Source: Takakia lepidozioides (taxonomy: Eukaryota > Plantae > Bryophyta). From it: a stretch of 64,000 bases of DNA. Shown here piece by piece: positions 1 to 12,324 of this stretch (position 1 is the stretch's first letter; every line of letters starts with the position of its first letter). The DNA lies in the NCBI GenBank assembly GCA_030704615.1, contig CM060732.1, positions 36,022,001-36,086,000 of the forward strand, read 5' to 3'. Made by a program: the position numbers and the translations under genes. The notes under the pieces are model-generated. The model did no database searches. It saw nothing but the letters and a program-made list of their open reading frames with translations, and was not told the DNA's origin.

Positions 1-1914
1 TGCTCAGCATATCTTGCAATCATTGCATTCCATGACACCACATTTCGTTCAGCCATACTGTCAAACACTTCCTTTGCATCATTGATGCTCCCACATTTGG
101 CATACATATCCACAAGGGTAGTGTTTAAGATGATATTTGCCACAATTCCAGATTTGATAATGTCAGCATGCACCTGTTTGGCTTTTTCCAGGGCCCCCAG
201 GCTGGCACAGGCATTGCAAATGCAAACAAATGTGACCTGATTGGGCTTCACCTTTTCCCGCATCATTTGCTCATAGGTCGCCAAAGCCTCCTTGCCACAC
301 CCATGCTGGGCATACCCTGTGATCATCACATTCCATGACACCACATCTCGTTCAGGCATATTGTCAAACACTCCCTTTGCATCCTCCATGCTCCCGCATT
401 TGGCATACATGTCTGTGAGGGTATTGTCCAGAATGATATCTGGTACAATTCCAGCTTTCATGATGTCAGCATGAACCTTTTTGCCCTTTTCCAGAGCTGC
501 CAGGCTGGAACAGGCATTGCAAACGCAAACAAACGTGACCTGGTTGGCCTTTACCCCTTCCCGCTTCATTTGCTCATAGGTCTCTAAAGCTTCCATCCCA
601 CACCCATGCTGGGCATATCCTGTGATCATCGCATTCCATGACACCACACTTCGTTCAGCCATCTTTTCGAACACTACCTTTGCATCCTTGATGCTCCCGC
701 ATTTGGCATACATGTTGACGAGGGTAGTGTCCAAGATGATGGTTGGCACAATTCCAGCTTTCCTGATGTCAGCATGGACCTCCTTGCCCTTTTCCAGAGC
801 TGGCAGGCTGGCACAGGCATTCAAAACGCAAACGAATGTGACCTGGTCAGGCTTCACCCCTTCCAACATCATTTGCTCATAGATGTTCAAAGCCTCCATC
901 CCACACCCGTGCTGGGCATATCCTCCGATCATTGCACTCCATGAAAACAGATCTCGTTTACCCATATTACTAAAGACTTCCTGTGCATCATTGATGCTCC
1001 CGCATTTGGCATACATGTTGATGAGGGTTGTGTCCAGGATGACATCTGGTACAATTCCAGCTTTCATGATGTGAGCGTGGACCTCTCTGCCCTTTCTCAG
1101 GTCAGCCAGGCTGGCACATGCCTTGAGAACCCAAATGAACGTGACCTGGTTAGGTGTCACCCCTTCCTGAATCATTTGCTCAAAGGTCTCCAGAGCCTCC
1201 CTAAAGTATCTGCGCTTGGCACATGCTGCTATCACTATATTCCACGTAGTCAAACCTCGTTCAGGCATTTTGTCGAACACTAGGCGTGCATCCACAATGC
1301 TCCCGCACTTAGCATGCATGTTGATGAGGGTGTTGTGTAGAAAGATGTCTGGCTTGAATCCACTTTGGATGATGTGGGCATGCACCTGGTTTCCCTCTGC
1401 TAGGCCTTTCCTCTTGATGCACTCCTTCAAGAGACAGACATAGGTTTTGGAAAGCTCGAGGTTTTTCTCGCCAATGGTCTTGCCCTCATTCACAGCCACC
1501 ACTTCGCCACGTGCGGAACACCTCAAACGCCGCCAATGCTTTAAAGGAAGCTTCATTTCACCAATGTCGGCTGCTATTTTGCACATCCACAAACTCCAAT
1601 ACAGAATTCTACAGCAGGAAAATCGACACACACACAAACAAACCTTGCGGCTTAGTCTGAGGAGTGCTGGGGACCAGATTGCCGCCGATAGTTTTCTCTC
1701 CAACTGTCTGGATGTTGATAGGGACACAATCACCCAAGGGCTTCAGAGCTGTGAAATTCGCTGTTGCAGCCCTTAGGCCAAGGCACCCCCTTGGCAAAGA
1801 AGGGAAGAATGTCTGCAAACTTCCGACTTGCACCGGGCAGATGTCGCCCTCAGTCCCTTGAGAGACCCCATTCCAAGGTATGAACTCACCGCCGATCCCA
1901 GCTGTGGCTTCCAT
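1..1914 (-). CDS. PLS-class PPR protein (organellar RNA-editing factor type), 3' end outside window; exons 1914-1644 and 1570-<1
   Basis: Uninterrupted minus-strand frame with P-L-S triplets every ~303 bp (e.g. LDTTLVNMYAKCGSIKDAKVVFEKMAERSVVSWNAMITGYAQHG, VTFVCVLNACASL). A 73-nt GT-AG intron (1643-1571) joins ATG 1914 (MEATAGIGG...) in frame. Confidence 0.9.
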
Positions 1915-2020
1915 CTCTTCTCCGAATCTGCATCTAGTTGTTGCAACAGTAACTACACACAAGATCAACAGACAAGAATTGGTTAGCCGTAAAGCTCAAT
2001 TGACAAAGGCAAAGTATTGT

Positions 2021-2066
2021 GCGGGGTCTACGGCCACAGGGCTACGGGAAACAATTCTCACGAGTC
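2021..2066 (+). mobile_element. Diverged 3'-end remnant of the (TC)n-tailed LINE
   Basis: gcggggtctacggccacagggctacgggaaacaattctcacgagt aligns to the LINE terminus gcggggtcaatggccacaaggctacggcaaacaacgtcttatgagt (3832-3877). Confidence 0.65.
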
Positions 2067-2078
2067 CCTAAATTGTCG

Positions 2079-2109
<31 letters not shown>

Positions 2110-3887
2110 TTGAATGGATTCTAGAGACTTAGCCTGGTTGGAGTTATCAACCCATATAGCAGATCCGTACTCCAAGGCAGGTCTAATAACGCGACAAAGC
2201 ATGGTTTTCTTAACCTCAGAGTTGACCCGTCTGCAGTGGAAAAATTTAGTGAGCCCCAGAGCTTTGCCCTTGCCAGTTTGAACAACTTTCCGGATATGTG
2301 CATCCCAATTACAATTGGAGGAAAACTCAACGCCCAGGTAAGTGTAGGAAGGGAGGACCGGGATCTCTTGGCTACCCCACTGCCACTTAAGATCACTTCC
2401 TCCCTCTCCTCTGTCGTTGAATGCTACCACTGCACATTTGCTGACATTAGCCTCTAGCCCCCAAAGATCAAAGTATCTCTTCGCGCAATCAATCAACTCC
2501 TGGAGATTGGTTGGAGTCTCCCCTATGCCTGCGAAGTCATCCGCAAACATAAGGGCTGGTATGGTGGTATCACCCACCCTTAACCCAAATCCCTCACTTT
2601 CCACATCCTCGAGGAGTTGATTGATGAAACATTGAAGAGCAGAGGGGAGAGAGTACATCCTTGAGCTACACCTTGGTCTATGTCAAAGAAGTTGGACTTC
2701 TGTCCGTTAACAGTGACACAGCTTTTGGTGTGAGCATACAAGTTGTGGACAACTCTCCACATCTTTCCCTTGATCCCACAAGACCAGAGGCGGAACCATA
2801 GGCCATCTCTCCACACTGTGTCATAAGCCTTTTTGACATCCAGGAAAAAAACATAAGTGGGTTTCCCTTCTTTTTTCCTTCCCTGGATAATCTGGCTTAG
2901 AGTGAAGATATGATCCACACAGCCCCTGTTTCGCCGAAAGCCAGCTTGGCCTTCGTGGAAACAACCTCTAGACTCCATTCAAGTGGGGGTGCTTAAGGAG
3001 TGTATGTCAGCATGCTCCAAAACAGTTCGGGGTGAGTTTGGCATTCCGTCCTTAAGCTCCCGACGAGATGAATTCAAGGTCAGATGGTGGGGTCAGCTGC
3101 AACATATGCCCAACACCAGATATCCTAACTTAATCGACTCTATATCTTGGAAACAGGACCGCCCTGTCAAACAGGCTAAGTCCTGGCAGAAGAGAGTAGA
3201 AGAGATTCTCAAGGACCTGGACCTGGATCCGCAAGCCTTGACCCTGCTGGATAAATCTGACTTAGAGGCTGTAGTGTCCTCAGCCATGTCTGTTGCCATG
3301 AGATTGTCTGATGAAAATGAAGTTAGGCAGAAAACTTCCCTGAACTTGTTTCCAGTCAGTGACATGGGGGAGGACATCTTGGATGACCTCATGGGTCTAC
3401 CCACTCTCGGCACTAGACTGAAATTTAAACTCAGGGCAGGAAGCCTACCTTTGAACAGCAAACAGAAGCAGAGAGGAAAGGGAGAGTGCAATTGCCCGCT
3501 GTGTGGGCAATCTGAAGACAGTATTCACTTTCTGATACACTGTCTGGGGTTCTCTACCAAAGAGACGCTCTCTTCAACTCTATCAAGGGAATTGTGCCTG
3601 TTCCCCTGTTTAACAATTTTGAAAGTCTCGAGGCTGAGCCAAAAGCCCAGGCCCTCCTGAGGCCTAGTTTTTGGGCAAATCACACTCAGCAGATTGATGC
3701 TTGTGTGAAGGGATTTCTAGAGGATATCTGGAAAACCCGGATTAATTCTATATATGATGGTAAGTCACACTACCAACGTCAGCCCCTGACAGAGGTAGGT
3801 TCTGTCCCTTTTGTTCCCGCTCAAACTGGGCGCGGGGTCAATGGCCACAAGGCTACGGCAAACAACGTCTTATGAGTACAATCTCTC
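2110..3887 (+). mobile_element. 5'-truncated, 5'-inverted LINE (RT segment inverted at 2110-2978; forward 3' part at 2975-3887)
   Basis: Minus-strand RT motifs (FLDVKKAYDTV, QGCTLSPLLF, MFADD), then plus-strand C-terminus with CPLCGQSEDSIHFLIHC. Near-identical to 40899-42670. Flanked on both sides by tctctc(ac)n, a probable TSD. Confidence 0.92.
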
Positions 3888-3949
3888 ACACACACACACA
3901 GTAATGTCTATTTCCTCCTGTTTCGCAAACTGTGTGCAGAGTCTATAGC

Positions 3950-3998
3950 AAACAAGGCTACAGCAAACAACATTTTATGAGCACATTCTATCTCTCTC
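3950..3998 (+). mobile_element. Second diverged LINE 3'-end remnant
   Basis: acaaggctacagcaaacaacattttatgagcacattctatctctctc matches the LINE terminus plus a TC tail. Confidence 0.65.
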
Positions 3999-4712
3999 AT
4001 ACTTCCTCTTTTAAAAAATGAGAGGAGGTCTTCACAAGCATTGGAAAGACCACTGCACAGCGTTTTGCTCTGTTTTCAGGGTCTCAGGACAACGACCACA
4101 GCTCTAACATTTCTTGCTTCTTTAACTCTGACAATTTTCTTGCATCAAAATCATGCTCACGTAAAGAGCATTCTAGAATATGAGAGCACCTTCATAAAAT
4201 GAGGTTGCAATATTGGAGCCCTAGAGAGTTACCATCTACCCCTTTTTCCATATCTCTCCTCCACCTCTCTTTATAGTACAAACCAGGTGGTACACAATGT
4301 CGTGTAATTAAGGGATTGCAACGCAAACACAGCCACTTGTACAGTAGCAGCGCTAACATTAGCATCGTGCTTTTTAAAAGCCAGCTCTTTAAAATCTGCA
4401 CTCATATCCAGTATAAACTAGTGCATCGCCTGGATGGAAGCAATACGGAAGCTGCCAGATGAAGTGATTTTTGTAGCCAATGGGGACTCAGCTCACTGTC
4501 ATACCACAGTCACAGGTAACCCTACGTGATACATCGAATAGAACTAGGTGTTGCTGATTTGTGTTTGCAAATAGCACATGCAAGATAAGGACCATAACTG
4601 CCCAACCTCCTCTATGCATTTGACTGGAATGACATGTAGCAAGCCCAGTGAGGGTGTTTTGCAAAAGTCAAGGGAATTCTAATTTTCAAATGAAAGGAAA
4701 CAAAAGCTCACC

Positions 4713-5529
4713 AACTGCATTAAGCGCCCGCACCACCAGGTAAAAGACGCAAACCTGCACATTTATTGGTGAAAATCCACTTTCAATAGAGGCACTAATG
4801 AAAAGGTGGAAAAATAAGCGCATTTGTACAAGTCTGCTCCTCAGCAAACCTTCAAAGTAATCATCATCAAAACTATGACCAAGACCTACTCTGGCATCTC
4901 TGGTACACCCGTTGACAGGAGAGTGGCTTATATACTGGTTCCAAGATATCATGTTTTCGTTTCGGTCTGCCATCTGGAAAGAAGGATCTTGATGCTCTTG
5001 GCTGTGATTGGACTTGTTCTCACTAGTGCCGAAAGAGGGCAACCTCAAGTGTTAGATATGCATGTCTTTTAACAAGGCACATGCCAGGTTTACTTTCTAT
5101 TGATCGTCCGTAGTAGCACTCCAACTTCTGGTCGGCACTGGCTTTCTATGAAACTGCACTAGAGGTAAGCTGTCCAATCCAACATCGGACATGTGTTTTC
5201 ATCGCCGATGTCAGAATCAACTCATCGAATTTCAAAATTGAGATCACATACTAAAGACAATCAATTGAAAGACAGTAAAGAAAGCTTTAGATCGTAGATA
5301 TAGAGAAGCACAAATTCAGAACGAAAGGACCAACCGCATTGCGTAGACCAGGGTCGAGTGGCTCGATCACAACTGAGAGACGGCGAGAGACGCGTCTCAA
5401 CATCTGGAAGCAGAATGCCAAGTTGGGATACGACGGAAGGGATCTACTGGCCGCCACGGATGCCATCTTCAGCTTCAACAGAGCGGGCAAGTCTTCCGGA
5501 TGCTTCAACAGCGCACCTACAATCCCCAT
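4713..5529 (-). pseudogene. SQS: Squalene synthase 5' fragment (exon 1 5529-5335; exon 2 ~4755-4713), diverged and truncated
   Basis: MGIVGALLKHPEDLPALLKLKMA...LAFCFQML..VSR..SVVI..L..GLRNA|VCVFYLVVRALNAV matches the plant SQS N-terminus with GT-AG boundaries. The RALDTVEDD Asp is changed to Asn. No further SQS exons recognised. Confidence 0.85.
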
Positions 5530-5933
5530 CTTTTGCAGATTCCCGAGTCCTGGCTACTCCGTGTCTGCCTCTACGCTCTTGGCTCTTGTGTATGCATCTA
5601 GCTACCATTCGTCTTTTCGTCTTTTGCCATCTCTCTCAATGGAAGCTGCCTCAGCAACTTCTGTACTGCATTAATGGCGATAGTCTCAGTCCTTGTGGGA
5701 GCAGCCTGGTGAGTGCTGCTGCCCCGCCAGGAGAGCAGAATTGCTCCATCCTCCATCACCACACTCACATCTCTCCACCGTTGTGCTTGCTGTCCGTCCC
5801 TGTCTGTGTGTCTGTCTGTCCATCGCCAAGATGATGCACCGAGGTCCAGTAATAAGTAAACGCAGAGTGCGTGACTAGTACATTAGTAAAGACACGACAA
5901 GATCGTCCAAAGGTCACCAAGGAGCGCGAGCTA
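4844..5933 (-). repeat. ~1.1-kb inverted segmental duplication, copy 1 (partner 30068-31171)
   Basis: Reverse complement aligns continuously with 30068-31171 from tagctcgc to tttgaaggtttgc. Confidence 0.95.
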
Positions 5934-6279
5934 TGCCACATGGCCTGGTCCTGCACTAACTTTTGGACGGACGGTGGACAAGGGATTTTTTTCTTCAATT
6001 TTAAATGAGGCGCGAGTGGCACCTTGGGAGGGGAAGATCATGATGGTGTGGCTATAGGAGACTCGGAAAAGAGTGGCTACAGAGTTTGAGTCTGGTGGCT
6101 GGATTATGCGACACCATCCATTTTGGTTGTAGACACAAGCTGGTGAATGGAAATCCATAAGCAGTGACTCGTTCAGGCTACGGTTGAATTGTTGATGGGC
6201 GTAATTTGGCAACATACAAATGCAGTATTGGCAGCACCATTGAAGCGCAAAACTTTGAGAGTCACAACACAAAGACAAT

Positions 6280-9200
6280 TGACAGGAGTGTCATGCACCT
6301 AAGCATCGTGCCACAACATACATCGTTGTCCACCATACATTCTAAGCACACAATCCTAGAAAGCTATGTCACAATCGCCCCCCTAGCTGGTGACTAGGTC
6401 CCTCTAACACCGGATAGCTGACAAGTATCCATCTCAATAAAATCATCGCTTGGTCTTCAATCGCACATGTCCCAGTATCTAAAGTCAATAGATTAAGAGG
6501 CCGGGTGCAAAAGTAGCCCCATCGTTACTCGCCTTCCTGCAATCCATGATCTTCAATTAAGTATCCATGGCGTTAAGCTCCCATCAACTAGACCTTGGAT
6601 CACTTGTCAATTCCACCATTGTCATGCCCACTACCTATGTCCAAGGCATCGTGGACACAACCATTCTCCACTAGGAACCTCCTCAAGTAGCGGTGTCAAG
6701 CATCTCATGTGCCACCCCCTTGAGCATTTGTCACACGCCAACATGGTCGCGGCACCACCAGCATGCCCACATAGGATGCAACGCAACCCTGCAGGTACCA
6801 CTGCAAGGTTGGGATCTATCCTCCCATCCACATGTGGAAGGTGACATGGCGCACAATTGCGCACATGGTCCTTCCATACCATGCCATCACGACCCTCCAG
6901 AATCAACACTCCTGAAGGTAACACCTCCCGAACCCTTAGAATCACACGCCCTGCTGTGACATCCAAAGTTGTAGGCGCTGTCTGCTGCAGATACACATAG
7001 TCCCCATGGTGGAAACGCCGAACACCTGGCCGATATCCCCCTCCACGTATAGTGGCGTACCTCAATGTGTCTCGGTGTTAGTCAATAGCAAGGTTATCAA
7101 AAGCCATAGGCATGACTCTCTTGAACAACTCTGCCCGCTGGGCACATGCTTATGTTCACACATCCGGATCATCAAGGTTGAAAACCACTTCAGTCTCCCT
7201 GCGAATAGATGCAGGCAAATCTAGCTCTCGGCCAAAGAGAAGGAAATAAGGCGAGAATGAGGCAAGTGATGCTTGTTTGCTAAACCTGTAGCCCATGGCC
7301 AACCAAGGTAGCTGAAGGTCCCAATCTCCTAAGTGTCCCTTCTGCAAGCCATACTTGCGCAAGCCTCGCTTGACTGTTTATACAACCCTCTCTGCCAGGC
7401 CATCAGCCTCGGGATGATCCCGAGAAGTAGTGCGGTGATCTATCAAGGCTTGCTCACACAAAGCCTGAAACTCCCCCAAAAACTCTCTCCCCTGGTCCGT
7501 GAGTATCTCGGCTGGAGCACCAAATTGGCTAAGCACTCGATCTAAGAATGCATACGCAACCCCCTCACTTGCCTTGTCAGACAATGCCACCAGTTCAATC
7601 CACTTGGAGAAATGTTCCACCATCACCAGCATATACTTGTTATGGCGAATCGTTAGTGGCAATGGGCTACGAAGTCAAGACTCCAACGATAGCCCAAACC
7701 CATAATGGGTAAAGGATGCAATTGTGGAGTAGGTGCATTGAAAGAAGCTCGCACTCTATCACACACCATGCACATTGCCACTAACTGTTGCACATCCGTG
7801 TGCATGCCCGCCACCAGTACTGTCCTTGCAGCAAACTATGAGTGCGTCGCATCCCAAAATGTCCCAACTCCTCATGGGCATGGCGTACCAATCGCGCTCG
7901 TTGTGTTGGATGAGGCACAATCCTCACTCGTTCATCCTCCCATACTCGGAGTAGGTGAGTCCCCTCTCACTTGAACCTCTTTGGCTCGTTGTAGGATCTG
8001 ATCTCTCTCCTTAGCAGTCACACTGGCTGTTGTCTCTCTAATACAAAGGTAGGCCAACACTGCTACATCTTCATACACATCCTTAGCACCACTAAGCTCC
8101 TCACTGATCTCCGGATCATCATGCACACCATCTCCATGACCAATGCTATGGGATGGACCAGCTTGAACTCCCATTGCTAGGATGCACAAAAAGGCAGATG
8201 CATGCCATCCTGGCACCATCTCCTCATCCGTCTTACCATGCCACCGAGCTCCAGTATCATCATGCTCACTCGTGCATGGATTACGACTCAATCCATCTGC
8301 ATCTCGATTGACAATACCGGCTCGATGCACCACCTGAAAGTCGTATTCTTGAAGCATAAGTGCCCACCATGCAAGCTTCCCTGTAAGCTTGTCTGACTCC
8401 ATCAACCACTTCAATGGTTGGTGATCCGTGACAAGGGTGATGAGATTGCCATAGAGGTAGCATCTGAAATGTGCCACTGTCCATACCGCAGTTAGACACT
8501 CCCCTTCATAGGAACTATACTTCGCCTCGGCATCATTGTTTGAGCGGCTAGCATATGCCACTACGGACTCTCTTCCCTCATCATCCATTTGTGTGAGCAC
8601 TGCTCCAATCCCCAACATACTCCAATCCGTATGTAGCTGGAAATGCCGCCTCAGAATAGGTGCAGAAGTCAATCGAGCCTTGAGTTCCTCAAAGGCTTCC
8701 TCCTGCTCCTCCTCCCACTGCCACTCCTGACCCACCTTAGTCAACTTAGTAAGAGCCTTTGCAATGCTGCTAAATCCCTTGACAAACCGTCGATAGTAGT
8801 TTATCAACCCCATGAAAGCACAAACTCTGCTAACATCTATGGGGCGTGGAATGCGTGCAATGGCCTCCACCTTCGTCTTTTGAACACCCAATCCTCTAGG
8901 GTATATCATGTGGCCTAGATACTCAATCTGGTTGTGGAAGAACTTGCACTTCCCAGGGTGCAATTTCAACCCATGCGCTCTCAAGTGCTCAAACACCACC
9001 TGAAGGTGTCTCTCATGCTCCTCAACCATAGCACTAAAGACGATGATGTCATCAATGTAACACCGGGCAAAGTCTAGCCCCGCGAGAATCCTATCCATAA
9101 CCCTCTGAAACTCTGCAGGAGCATTCTTCAACCCAAACGATAGGAAGCGCCATTGGTACAAGCAATCCTTCTCATGTTGGTCAATCCCCCAGAATGTCGT

Positions 9201-10280
9201 CTTTTGCTTGTCAGCCTCTTTGATTGACAACTGGTGGTAACCGGATCGCAAGTCCAATGTGCTAAACACCTTCGCATGCCCAATGGCATCAAAGATTTCC
9301 TCTGGAGTTGGCATGGCATATCTATCGGACTTAGTCTGACGGTTCACAGGACGATAGTCCCCACACATACTTCTTTCTGTCCAATTGCCATATATATCCT
9401 TCTTAGCTGGCAACACCGTTGTCGAGGCATACTCCCCACCTGACAACTCCACCAATCCAGCTTCGAACAACTCCATAGTCCGTGACTGGATCAATGACCT
9501 CTCCATGTCATTATACCGGTAGGGCCTTCGAAAGATTGGCGTGTCACTTTCCAAATCAATACGAATCTCCTGACCCTTCAAACTCCCCAAATCTTCAAAC
9601 CGAAGGCAAAACAATTTCTATAAGCCCTTAGAAATCGCTGGATCCTCCGTCTCTCTCCTCCGGTGACTATAGGTCCAACATATGGTTCCCAATTGTCCTT
9701 AGTGACTACAACCTTGGGTACATCAGGCTTGGGGGTAGGAGACGAATCCTTTGAATGTTAGATATCAACCTCTTGGGCCTTGTCCGCCCAATCTGACTGT
9801 GGCGTAGCCTCCACTGGCTCTGCCATAATCACCTTGAGAACAACCTCTGGGGAAGAAACATTCTCAACCTCTTCAAAAACATTGGTCATCTTGGCATCCA
9901 ACGGATCCTCAGTGTATGGCTCTCCCCACTCCTCATATTGCTGCTTGAGAGATCCAAGGACTCTCTCTTTCCGCATCTCATCCCACATCTGCCATGGATG
10001 TTTGCACCCCATGATCATGTGTTCGCCCCCACTCACTGCCTCAACCGTCCCGATTGGCAGAGGGGATACAATACCAAATGGGAGTGCAGAAGTAGCCACC
10101 ACTGTCTGCAACCTCCGTTGCTCAGCCACGCACAAGCCAATGACCCATGTCAAGCAATTTAGATCCATTGCTTGACCCAACACATGTCGGCATGATGCCT
10201 CTGACAAAGCTGGTACAGCTGTAGTGCCCGTGGCAAATCCCATTGCCCGCTCTCGCTCATCTGCATTGGGCTCCACCAAT
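6280..10280 (-). mobile_element. Degenerate Ty3/Gypsy pol: DNMT C-terminus (motifs IX-X) - RT - RNase H - integrase - PHD finger, then PPT and start of 3' LTR
   Basis: EPNADERERAMGF..GTT..LSE..RHVLGQAMDLN (10279-10150). RT ([24 protein letters not shown]), RH (TDWSMLGIGAVL, DADGLSR), INT (VEHFSKWIE, TDQGREF, HPEADGLAER), C4HC3 PHD (~6780-6646). PPT agctaggggggcgat precedes LTR start TGTGACA at 6373. Left LTR boundary uncertain. Confidence 0.92.
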
Positions 10281-11542
10281 CTTAGAGCATGCTGTCGGTG
10301 GTGAGGCTGGGGTGATGACCAGTCAGACCATCATTGTTTCTCTTATGGTGAGGCTGGGTTGATGACCAGCAGACCATATGAGTGCTTGCAGTGGATGTAG
10401 GTGCAGGTTTATGTTACGAACCTAGTAGTCTAAGCCATAAGCTGCAACAGGTTCTCTACCCGGTTACCTTGTGGAAAGGGGGATTAGAGACAGGTTTACA
10501 ATAGGTGTGGTTGTGAGTTTTCATCATGGAGGTGCCACAGTTGCTGAGGAGAGTGCCGGTACGAGCACCAGCGATACTAGTGGGTATACAAGACGAGGTG
10601 TGCGGTTTAGGCCACCTTCAACTTCAGTGTCTTCTAAGGAAGGTTCAGACTCAAAGTTAGGAGGATTCTCGCCGAGGGTGCAAGCCATTTCCGTGCCATT
10701 GTTGTGGGATACGATGGAGGAAATGTATGGAGCTACCAAGGGGCCACGTAGGTACTCTGGAGGTGTGGGCACCATCGAGCTTGATGACTTCATACAAGAG
10801 TTTGACAGTTGGTGTGATTTGCAGCAAATGCGCAATCCACAACTGTTTACGCCCTTTATGGCGTGGAAGGGGCTGTTTCAGCACCTTGAGGGGCCGCCCA
10901 TAGATGACTACCATGAGTTTAGGCGGGGACATGAGGTGGAGATTGAGGAATGGCGGAAGTATTGGTCACCTGACTATGTCTCCATCATTAGAGGCACAAA
11001 TGCAGTGGTGACACCGGTAGCTACACCGGCAGCTTCTGCAAGCAGCAGTGGGACGTCAAGTGGAACATGAGCTAGGAAGTCCACCCAAGCTCCTGCTGCA
11101 GCACCAACACCCGTGCCTGCCTTTAACCCAGTTGTGGAGTTCTTCGAGGAGTTAAGGAGAAACTACCAAGGGATATGGACGGAGAAATTGCGGAGTTTGC
11201 AAGAGTTCCAACGAAAGCCTGCCGAGAGTTTGAGGGAGGCTTACACTCGCATGAGACAATTCATAAATGTAACCCAAGGGGTTACGGAAGCTCAAGCATT
11301 CCAATTCTGGTATGGGATATTGGACAATGAGCTGAGGAGAAGAGTGCGGGATGCAACTCTCCTACAAGTGGACCAACCCACCTTAACAAACGTTTTTGCT
11401 GGCAGAGCGGATAAAGCTCAATATGGTGGAGGAGCGAGTGGTCATGGTGGGATTTGGTAAGGAGACACAATGAAGTGGGGCTCCTAGCCAACAACAACCA
11501 CTACCCCAACGTGCTCAAGGCAACAAGGGGGTGCAGACAAAG

Positions 11543-12269
11543 TGTCGCGGCCCTTTGCCTTGAGAGCAGGGGGGTCGGGACACATGAGGGGCTGCCCCTG
11601 TGGTGGGGGCAGCGGCAGCGATAGGTATGGGGGGCTGAAGCACCCTTAAGTGCCCAAGGCACCCAAGGAGGCGGAGGCGCTCACTAGGTGGAGCCCCGCA
11701 CACCGGGTTGCGGTGGAGGTGGCTCCACAAGGGGTGGTGGTAGCTTAGTGGGACTTAGTGGGGGGTGGCATAGGACTCACCATGGGGTGGAGACCTCGAG
11801 GTGGGAGTCGTGGGGAGTCTTGGGACTCATCACGGTCCATTGGGGCCGCGGTGAGTGGGCCAAGACTCACCGCGACTCACCACCGGGAGTCGAGGGTTTT
11901 CGTGGTGGTTCGCCATAAAATGGCATGGCTGGTTATGAAACCCCCGCGGACAGCTACAGAAGTATATATAGGGAGTAGTAACCCCGAGAACGGTGCAAGC
12001 CCGTTGGTGACCAAAAACTAGTGAGTAAGCGAGCGAGCCGGAAAGCGACCAAAGAGTGGGGAGCTGTTCCGGACTGCCATCTACCAAAGGGAATTCTCCT
12101 AGTCCCAAATAGGTGGAGGGTTTAGAGGGAAGCGGAAGGGGACCGTTATGTCCCGGTGAGCAGCCGAAACTCCAAGTTGGCCCGGCGGCCAGGTTGGGAG
12201 TCAGGCGCGCGCATCAAAAGCGAGTAACTATGACTTGAAGGGGAGTTTACCGAATTGAGGTGTGCGACA
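11543..12269 (+). repeat. 5' LTR of chromovirus
   Basis: By eye, identical to 17723-18447 except two 1-nt G-run indels. Confidence 0.97.
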
Positions 12270-12271
12270 TT

Positions 12272-12283
12272 TGGTATCAGAGC
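12272..12283 (+). promoter_or_regulatory. Primer binding site (tRNA-iMet)
   Basis: TGGTATCAGAGC 2 nt after the 5' LTR. Confidence 0.95.
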
Positions 12284-12324
12284 TTAGAGTTCAGTACGCG
12301 ATCGTCCTTGGGATTGGCCTCATC

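Noticed and set aside
1-1440. ~303-bp periodicity as a CRISPR-like or satellite array
   Set aside because: Explained by P-L-S triplet coding repeats.
292-1776. Repetitive plus-strand ORFs with MLPHLAYM
   Set aside because: Antisense shadows of the minus-strand PPR repeats; the same applies to minus-strand ORFs over 31318-34413.
4000-4700. Further SQS exons downstream of exon 2
   Set aside because: The minus-strand frames examined gave no EDD... or other SQS motifs.
11688-12108. Gly/Pro-rich ORFs in both LTRs
   Set aside because: GC-rich LTR sequence; frames differ between the LTRs because of G-run indels.
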